From the NCBI GenBank assembly GCA_032718475.1, contig JAUCBJ010000244.1, positions 1-34,032 on the forward strand: DNA of 34,032 bases, given 5' to 3'. Within the stretch, counting starts at the first letter, position 1, and each line of letters opens with the position of its first letter. Both the position numbers and the translations under genes were made by a program. A model generated the notes under the pieces. That model was given only the letters and a program-made list of their open reading frames with translations. It did not search any database and had not been told where the DNA came from. This document shows, one piece after another, positions 12,661-20,915 of the stretch. Source of the DNA: Nemertoderma westbladi. Taxonomy: Eukaryota; Animalia; Xenacoelomorpha.

Positions 12661-15600
12661 AGAGATCTACGGTAGGCGTACATAGATCTACGGTAGGCCT
12701 ACAGAGATCTACGGTAGGCCTACAGAGATCTACGGTAGGCCTACAGAGATCTACGGTAGGCCTACATAGATCTACGGTAGGCCTACAGAGATCTACGGTA
12801 GGCCTACAGAGATCTACGGTAGGCCTACAGAGATCTACGGTAGGCCTACATAGATCTACAGTAGGCCTACATAGATCTACGGTAGGCCTACATAGATCTA
12901 CGGTAGGCCTACAGAGATCTACGGTAGACCTACAGAGATCTACGGTAGGCCTACAGAGATCTACGGTAGACATACAGAGATATACGGTAGACCTATAGAG
13001 ATCTACGGTAGGCCTACAGAGATATACGGTAGGCCTACATAGATCTACGGTAGGCCTACATAGATCTACGGTAGGCCTACAGAGATCTACGGTAGACCTA
13101 CAGAGATCTACGGTAGGCCTACAGAGATCTACGGTAGGCCTATAGAGATTTACGGTAGGCCTACAGAGATCTACGGTAGGCCTACAGAGATCTACGGTAG
13201 GCCTACAGAGATCTACGGTAGGCCTACAGAGATCTACGGTAGGCCTACAGAGATCTACGGTAGGCCTACAGAGATCTACGGTAGGCCTACAGAGATCTAC
13301 GGTAGGCCTACAGAGATCTACGGTAGGCATTCATAGATCTACGGTAGGCCTATGGAGATCTACGGTAGGCCTACAGACATCTACGCTAGACTTACAGAGA
13401 TCTACGGTAGGCCTACAGAGATCTACGGTAGGCCTATGGAGATCTACGGTAGGCCTACAGAGATATACGGTAGGCCTACAGAGATATACGGTAGGCCTAC
13501 AGAGATATACGGTAGGCCTACAGAGATCTACGGTAGGCCTACAGAGATATACGGTAGGCCTACAGAGATCTACGGTAGGCCTACAGAGGTCTACGGTAGG
13601 CCTACAGAGATCTACGGTAGGCCTCTAGAGATCTACGGTAGGCCTATGGAGATCTACGGTAGGCTTCTAGAGATCTACGGTAGGCCGATATAGATCTACG
13701 GTAGGCCTACAGAGATCTACGGTAGGCCTACAGAGATATACGGTAGGCCTACAGAGATCTACGGTAGGCCGATATAGATCTACGGTAGGCCTCTGGAGAT
13801 CTACGGTAGGCCTATGGAGATCTACGGTAGGCCTACAGAGATCTACGGTAGGCCTACAGACATCTACGGTAGACCTACAGAGATCTACGGTAGGCCTATA
13901 GAGATCTACGGTAGTCCTCTAGAGATCTACGGTAGGCCTATGGAGATCTACGGTAGGCCTACAGAGATCTACGGTAGGCCTACAGACATCTACGGTAGGC
14001 CTACAGAGATCTACGGTAGGCCTACAGAGATCTACGGTAGGCATTCATAGATCTACGGTAGGCCTATGGAGATCTACGGTAGTCCTACAGAGATCTACGG
14101 TAGGCCTCCATAGATATACGGTAGGCCTACAGAGATCTACGGTAGGCCTACAGACATCTACGCTAGACTTACAGAGATCTACGGTAGGCCTACAGAGATC
14201 TACGGTAGGCCTACTGAGATCTACGGTAGGCCTACAGAGATATACGGTAGGCCTACATAGATCTACGGTAGGCCTACATAGATCTACGATAGACCTATAG
14301 AGATCTACGGTAGGCCTACAGACATCTACGCTAGACTTACAGAGATCTACGGTAGACCTACAGAGATCTACGGTAGGCCTACAGAGATCTACGGTAGGCC
14401 TACAGAGATATACGGTAGGCCTACATAGATCTACGGTAGGCCTACATAGATCTACGATAGACCTATAGAGATCTACGGTAGGCCTACAAAGATCTACGGT
14501 AGGCCTACAGAGATCTACGGTAGACCTACAGAGATCTACGGTAGACCTACAGAGATCTACGGTAGGCCTACATAGATCTACGGTAGGCCTACATAGATCT
14601 ACGATAGACCTATAGAGATCTACGGTAGGCCTACAAAGATCTACGGTAGGCCTACAGAGATCTACGGTAGGCATTCATAGATCTACGGTAGGCCTACAGA
14701 GATCTACGGTAGGCCTACAGAGATCTACGGTAGACCTACAGAGATCTACGGTAGGCCTACATAGATATACGGCAGGCCTACAGAGATATACGGTAGGCCT
14801 ACATAGATATACGGTAGGCCTACAGAGATCTACGGTAGACCTACAGAGATCTACGGTAGGCCTACAGAGATCTACGGTAGGCCTACAGACATCTACGCTA
14901 GACTTACAGAGATCTACGGTAGGCCTACAGAGATCTACGGTAGGCCTACAGAGATCTACGGTAGGCCTACAGAGATATACGGTAGGCCTACATAGATCTA
15001 CGGTAGGCCTACATAGATCTACGATAGACCTATAGAGATCTACGGTAGGCCTACAGACATCTACGCTAGACTTACAGAGATCTACGGTAGACCTACAGAG
15101 ATCTACGGTAGGCCTACAGAGATCTACGGTAGGCCTACAGAGATATACGGTAGGCCTACATAGATCTACGGTAGGCCTACATAGATCTACGATAGACCTA
15201 TAGAGATCTACGGTAGGCCTACAAAGATCTACGGTAGGCCTACAGAGATCTACGGTAGGCCTACAGACATCTACGCTAGACTTACAGAGATCTACGGTAG
15301 ACCTACAGAGATCTACGGTAGGCCTACAGAGATCTACGGTAGGCCTACAGAGATCTACGGTAGACCTACAGAGATCTACGGTAGACCTACAGAGATCTAC
15401 GGTAGACATACAGAGATCTACGGTAGGCCTACAGAGATCTACGGTAGACCTACAGAGATCTACGGTAGACCTACAGAGATCTACGGTAGGCCTACATAGA
15501 TATACGGCAGGCCTACAGAGATATACGGTAGGCCTACATAGATATACGGTAGGCCTACAGAGATCTACGGTAGACCTACAGAGATCTACGGTAGACCTAC

Positions 15601-15744
15601 AGAGATCTACGGTAGGCCTACATAGATATACGGCAGGCCTACAGAGATATACGGTAGGCCTACATAGATATACGGTAGGCCTACAGAGATCTACGGTAGA
15701 CCTACAGAGATCTACGGTAGGCCTACAGAGATCTACGGTAGGCT
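12661..15744. repeat. 21-bp minisatellite, about 147 copies, with higher-order variant blocks, in intron 1 of the LRR gene
   Basis: Consensus AGAGATCTACGGTAGGCCTAC, containing the palindromes GTAGGCCTAC and AGATCT; many single-base variants. Confidence 0.98.
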
Positions 15745-16382
15745 TATAGGGAGTATCAAGTGTTCTAGGAGTGATGTATACGGAAAAGCGAAACCTTGTA
15801 TACCGTCACGCACATGGATGGGGCAAGCAAATAAGCTTGTAAAACATCCGGGAGGCCCCTACTTAATACTCTTCCTACTGTGTAATAACACTATGAAACC
15901 ACTCATTCACCAAACTTCTTTCCTACAGCTCACTTCATTGGACGTCCTCTAGAGGGTGGAAGCTCAACTACTGTAGTGCTGAATCAAACAAAATGGTATT
16001 TTTTGGTCATCCATTGAGTCCCTCCACTGATAATTCATTGTTGGTGATAATTTCATCAGCTAATAACGTACAATACTGTAGGCCTACTGTAGTTGCTCTA
16101 GAGGCTTGAACTATTTGTATGCCCAATACACAGGCAGACAGGTTAAGGACACTTATAGGCCAGCAAAGTTTAGGAGAACAGTGCAAATATTTGGCGTTCA
16201 GATTCAGTCAGAGTTCCACCAAAGGCACTAGGTAATAATTTCTGGGATAGGCAAGTAATCCTCCCTAATGTCTCCGCCCCTAACTACTGCATATAGTGAC
16301 AATCAATGATGATGTTGACCCAGCATTCCCAGCATATACAGATGAAAAAATAATCCTAGAGCTTCTAATAGGGTCTGGGGAG

Positions 16383-16540
16383 GAGCTACGTTGCTATATA
16401 TGTATAACGAGCTACGTTGCTACATATGTACAACGAGCTACGTTGCTACATATGTACAACGAGCTACGTTGCTACATATGTACAACGAGCTACGTTGCTA
16501 CATATGTACAACGAGCTACGTTTCTACATATGTACAACGA
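16383..16540. repeat. 26-bp minisatellite, about 6 copies
   Basis: Unit GAGCTACGTTGCTACATATGTACAAC, containing the palindrome TACATATGTA. Confidence 0.95.
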
Positions 16541-17341
16541 TGGTTCTAACATGTGTCCAAACTTATCGTAGGCCACCCAACGCGATTGGCTCTGTGAACC
16601 GATTAAAATAAGCGTTCTTTGAAATAATATTTTGGGAGGGAGTTCAAGTCAGAATTAAAAGACACTAAATTCCAGGAGGGTGTACTAGTTTTAGTAGTCC
16701 TGATTATAGAGGCCTAAATTATTGGCTGATTGCTAATAATACTACTGTACAGTATTAGTACAACCAATGATGTATGTACTGTACTGTGGGGTGTGGGGAT
16801 ACCATTGCATTGTACAGTATAGTATACACTATACAGTAATAAACTACAACGGTACCCAACATTCCCATCTGAGCATCTGGCATATGCTGTGCTAAGGCTG
16901 ACCATTCATAGAGTAGATGTGGCAACAACCAGACAGGCAATAGAGCCAGAAGATAAATTATTTCACAATCAATAAAATAGGTTGAGTTTAGTTTTTATCT
17001 TAGCAAGCAGATGCTGTGAGCTGCATGCTGCAAGAAGTACAGATAATATATACCGGTACCTGTACTACACATTTTGGAGTAACAACTACCTACTGACACT
17101 GACAACTCGATAATTCTGTAATTAGATATTATTACAATACAGGCATTTTATTTTATAAGAATGTTTATATTTATTTTTTCTATGAGTACACTCCATCTTT
17201 CTTCAAATTTTCTTTCAAAGTTTTTTTTATGGGCCTATTGCCTATAGTAATACTGAAGGCCCCTAATAAGGAGAGGGTTGCTATAACTACAGCACTAAGC
17301 TGGCAGGGCCAGAAATTAATTAATCATTTTACTGTACTAAC

Positions 17342-17457
17342 TTTGCCTCTCCAGAATTTTTCTTACATTCGCAGCGTCCACATTTTTCTGACTCGAATTG
17401 GCCTTCCACTCCGTTGGAGGCGAGTAACAACCAAATTAAAGATAATACGATTAACAT
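17342..17457 (-). CDS. LRR transmembrane protein, coding exon 1 (signal peptide + start of LRRNT cap)
   Basis: Minus strand from ATG at 17457 reads MLIVLSLIWLLLASNGVEGQFESEKCGRCECKKNSGEA, a hydrophobic signal peptide followed by C-x2-C-x-C. It ends AA|GTTAGT (phase 2), which joins T-TGC of the next exon to give ...EA-N-CTNLGLKEVP, a typical LRRNT. This exon is not in the ORF track. Confidence 0.88.
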
Positions 17458-18170
17458 TGTTTAATTATATTTAGTAGATAACATAGCCTACGGATGATTC
17501 ACCATACAACAAGGGTCATTCATTTCGTTTTCAGGTAGCATAACTATAACAAAATAATGATATTTAATTATGAACACAAACAATATAATTGTACTAATTT
17601 TAGGAAAATCAATTTAATTTTAAGGTAATTTATTAATAATTGGTATATAATATGTCGGCAACATTCCTACCGCCAAAGTTATCCATATCAATAATATAAT
17701 TCATTACACTTCCCCTCCACTCTCAAGCATTATTGTTTTGTGCCAAGAAAATATTTGGCTTGAATGACTACTACTGTATACTGCATAATGCACAGTAATA
17801 GTCTTTACTTTAAGAGCTAATGCCTAATGGTTGGTTAGTAAATTCAATGTAATTGAGTTCTATATACAGTAGACCCCAAAGAACTAATTATAGTCAAATA
17901 CACACACACATTGTTGTAACCAATAGCTGAACGTATTCTATGTACTGTACATACAAATCTATGTTATAGATGAATCAGTATATGTTGGTTTATACTTGTG
18001 AAGTGATTTTAGGCGTACAATATTATGCCAAATACTGTACTTTATTAGTTTATTACATACTTACATAGTTTACAGTGGGACCATCATTATTGCTTCAGTT
18101 TTGAATTCTAGAGTTTGATTCATTGATTCACTAAGCTCTGTAACCAAGTTCTGTTTTATGCTACATGCTT

Positions 18171-18410
18171 CAGATAGGGGGGTGGAAACTGGACGCAATA
18201 AAAATGTATCCCTCTCCAGGGGAAATTCGACGCAAATAACAGCTGATTACTCTCAAAAATAAAACTATCCTGTTCTACAGTATAGTGTTCAGTTTATTGT
18301 TTTGGTTAAGATTAAATTGACTAAATTGAGAATTTAACATTGAGGAGGGATATTAATTCGCCAAGGCGGGTTTTGCGTAGAGTTCCCCCCCCCCCCCCCC
18401 CCCCTGTCTC
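18171..18410. mobile_element. 240-bp non-autonomous DNA transposon (MITE) with 8-bp target-site duplication
   Basis: Direct repeat ACATGCTT at 18163-18170 and 18411-18418. Imperfect terminal inverted repeats: CAGATAGGGGGGTGGAAACTGGACGCAA and TTGCGTAGAGTTC(C)nTGTCTC. Confidence 0.8.
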
Positions 18411-18455
18411 ACATGCTTTGATAGTTTAGCATCTTTACTTATTAGTCTCCGGGAA

Positions 18456-18578
18456 TGGTTTGCCTATCTGGTTTGCCTATCTGGTTTGCCTATCTGGTGC
18501 CTATCTGGTTTGCCTATCTGGTTTGCCTATCTGGTTTGCCTATCTGGTTTGCCTATCTGGTTTGCCTATCTGGTTTGC
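18456..18578. repeat. 13-bp minisatellite, about 9 copies
   Basis: Unit TGGTTTGCCTATC; one copy has a 2-bp deletion. Confidence 0.95.
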
Positions 18579-18714
18579 AATCTACTGACTGATCCATTGT
18601 TAGAAATTTCAGACTCAGACCGGATTAACTTTTTCTGTATAGACAGTACCGGTAATTAATTGTAATGATGTAATTTCTATTGCGTTCTGATAATCTGTGG
18701 GTAATCTAGAAGAA

Positions 18715-18749
18715 ATGGACCAAGAAGAAGAATGGAGGGATCTCTTTGA
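18715..18749 (+). CDS. EF-hand protein (probable EF-hand rhomboid protease, RHBDL1/RHBDL3-like), first visible coding exon
   Basis: ATG GAC CAA GAA GAA GAA TGG AGG GAT CTC TTT GA|GTAAGT = MDQEEEWRDLF followed by a phase-2 consensus donor. It joins the exon at 20699 to complete the EF-hand entering helix (WRDLFEKFD). The ATG may not be the true start because an AG lies at 18708-18709. Confidence 0.75.
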
Positions 18750-19299
18750 GTAAGTAACCCTGCGGCTACGCTGGAGCGTGTTTAGGGATAATTATAATAA
18801 TCTCTTAGTAATAATAATATCCGTTAATTGGGATGGGGTGCATGATTTATTATAATTTATAATTAAGAGGGTGCAACTGCAAACTTATGCATATTCTCGA
18901 ACCCTTGAGGCAACGCAATCAACATTATCAAGACTATCTGTCATTCAGCAAACTTTTAGTAATGTCAATGGCGGACCACCTTGTTTAGTCTTGCAAGTCG
19001 GCTGCCTTTTAGACAAGATCATGCGCAGATTGGTCAGTTCTACGGTGTCGGTGGCTAACAACAGTCTCATCGGCGTAGTGTCGACAGGGTGTTGCTTGGC
19101 TCTTGCAATTCTCGGTCACTACCCCGAGAATGTACAGTGCCTTGCTAATTACGTGTGCCATGAACCCAGGGAGCATTCTGCTATAGGTTCCGTCAAGGGA
19201 TACCGGTATGGTCACTCCTCCATAAGAGCCCCACAGGGACTATCTGCAACACCCACTCTACTTCTGCCCGCAATAAACTTATCCCCTGAGAAGGTTTAA

Positions 19300-20448
19300 T
19301 TCCAGGTTCCTTCCATACCCTTGATAGTTTATTTAATACAGACCAGCCTTGTCCTTTTGATTCCAGGTTCCTTCCATACCCTTGATAGTTTATTTAATAC
19401 AGACCAGCCTTGTCCTTTTGATTCCAGGTTCTTTCCATACCCTTGATAGTTTATTTAATACAGACCAGCCTTGTCCTTTTGATTCCAGGTTCCTTCCATA
19501 CCCTTGATAGTTTATTTAATACAGACCAGCCTTGTCCTTTTGATTCCAGGTTCCTTCCATACCCTTGATAGTTTATTTAATACAGACCAGCCTTGTCCTT
19601 TTGATTCCAGGTTCCTTCCATACCCTTGATAGTTTATTTAATACAGACCAGCCTTGTCCTTTTGATTCCAGGTTCCTTCCATACCCTTGATAGTTTATTT
19701 AATACAGACCAGCCTTGTCCTTTTGGTTCCAGGTTCCTTCCATACCCTTGATAGTTTATTTAATACAGACCAGCCTTGTCCTTTTGGTTCCAGGTTCCTT
19801 CCATACCCTTGATAGTTTATTTAATACAGACCAGCCTTGTCCTTTTGGTTCCAGGTTCCTTCCATACCCTTGATAGTTTATTTAATACAGACCAGCCTTG
19901 TCCTTTTGGTTCCAGGTTCCTTCCATACCCTTGATAGTTTATTTAATACAGACCAGCCTTGTCCTTTTGGTTCCAGGTTCCTTCCATACCCTTGATAGTT
20001 TATTTAATACAGAGCAGCCTTGTCCTTTTGGTTCCAGGTTCCTTCCATACCCTTGATAGTTTATTTAATACAGACCAGCCTTGTCCTTTTGGTTCCAGGT
20101 TCCTTCCATACCCTTGATAGTTTATTTAATACAGACCAGCCTTGTCCTTTTGGTTCCAGGTTCCTTCCATACCCTTGATAGTTTATTTAATACAGACCAG
20201 CCTTGTCCTTTTGGTTCCAGGTTCCTTCCATACCCTTGATAGTTTATTTAATACAGACCAGCCTTGTCCTTTTGGTTCCAGGTTCCTTCCATACCCTTGA
20301 TAGTTTATTTAATGCAGACCAGCCTTGTCCTTTTGGTTCCAGGTTCCTTCCATACCCTTGATAGTTTATTTAATACAGACCAGCCTTGTCCTTTTGGTTC
20401 CAGGTTCCTTCCATACCCTTGATAGTTTATTTAATGCAGACCAGCCTT
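19300..20448 (+). repeat. 61-bp tandem array, about 19 copies, in intron 1 of the EF-hand gene
   Basis: Unit TTCCAGGTTCCTTCCATACCCTTGATAGTTTATTTAATACAGACCAGCCTTGTCCTTTTG(A/G). The A variant occupies the left copies and the G variant the rest. Confidence 0.98.
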
Positions 20449-20698
20449 ATCCTTTCGTATTTGTAGGTCTTCATTCTAAATTAAACAGTAAAGTAATACA
20501 GTATGTGCTATTGGGTTCCATTTACCTTCATACCACAGGAACTTCTGCTCCTTTTTCTTAATCAATATGTAACATTGATAATTCGCGGAGACGAGATATT
20601 AATTCGCCGAGGATTTGGGATTTGCATTAACTAACATTAGCCAGACGGACAGTACGTATACTTAGTTATTGTAGAGGCAACTTTTTTGTATATTTTAG

Positions 20699-20915
20699 GA
20701 AATTCGACAGAAACCACGACGGTATATTGACCAAATCGGATCTAAAGAGTTTAATCAGCGAATCGGAATTGAGTGGTGAGTTGGACCCGGAGTTATCGGA
20801 AATGCTTCTAAACAAATCGAAAAAGTCGAAGCGTGGATCGTTAACCCTGGATGAGTTCATGGGATGTGTTAAGAGCGATGTTAGACCCAAACGTAGAGAA
20901 TCAGTCCAGGTGGAG
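20699..20915 (+). CDS. EF-hand protein (probable EF-hand rhomboid protease), second coding exon; the rest of the gene lies beyond the window
   Basis: Acceptor ttttttgtatattttag|G. Reads (E)KFDRNHDGILTKSDLKSLISESELSGELDPELSEMLLNKSKKSKRGSLTLDEFMGCVKSDVRPKRRESVQVE, then GAG|GTGAGT. The first loop DRNHDGILTKSD is near-canonical and the second (KKSKRGSLTLDE) is degenerate. The pattern W-x2-LF-x2-FD...LDP-x3-E-x-LL...F recalls RHBDL3 from memory. The EF-hand call is firm; the rhomboid assignment is only about 0.5 because no protease domain is in the window. Confidence 0.8.

Noticed and set aside
12638-15409. PTVDLCR / EIYGRPT repeat ORFs
   Set aside because: Translations of the intronic 21-bp array, interrupted by stops.
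18056-18110. Minus-strand GTAAGT donor near 18064 as the first LRR coding exon
   Set aside because: The phase-2 frame needed to join exon 2 contains a stop and there is no signal peptide. The exon at 17342-17457 fits. A non-coding UTR exon here is not excluded.
1096-18262. A single 17-kb composite transposon carrying the LRR gene
   Set aside because: The right-hand match is internal to a self-contained MITE with its own TSD, so two independent family members are the simpler explanation.
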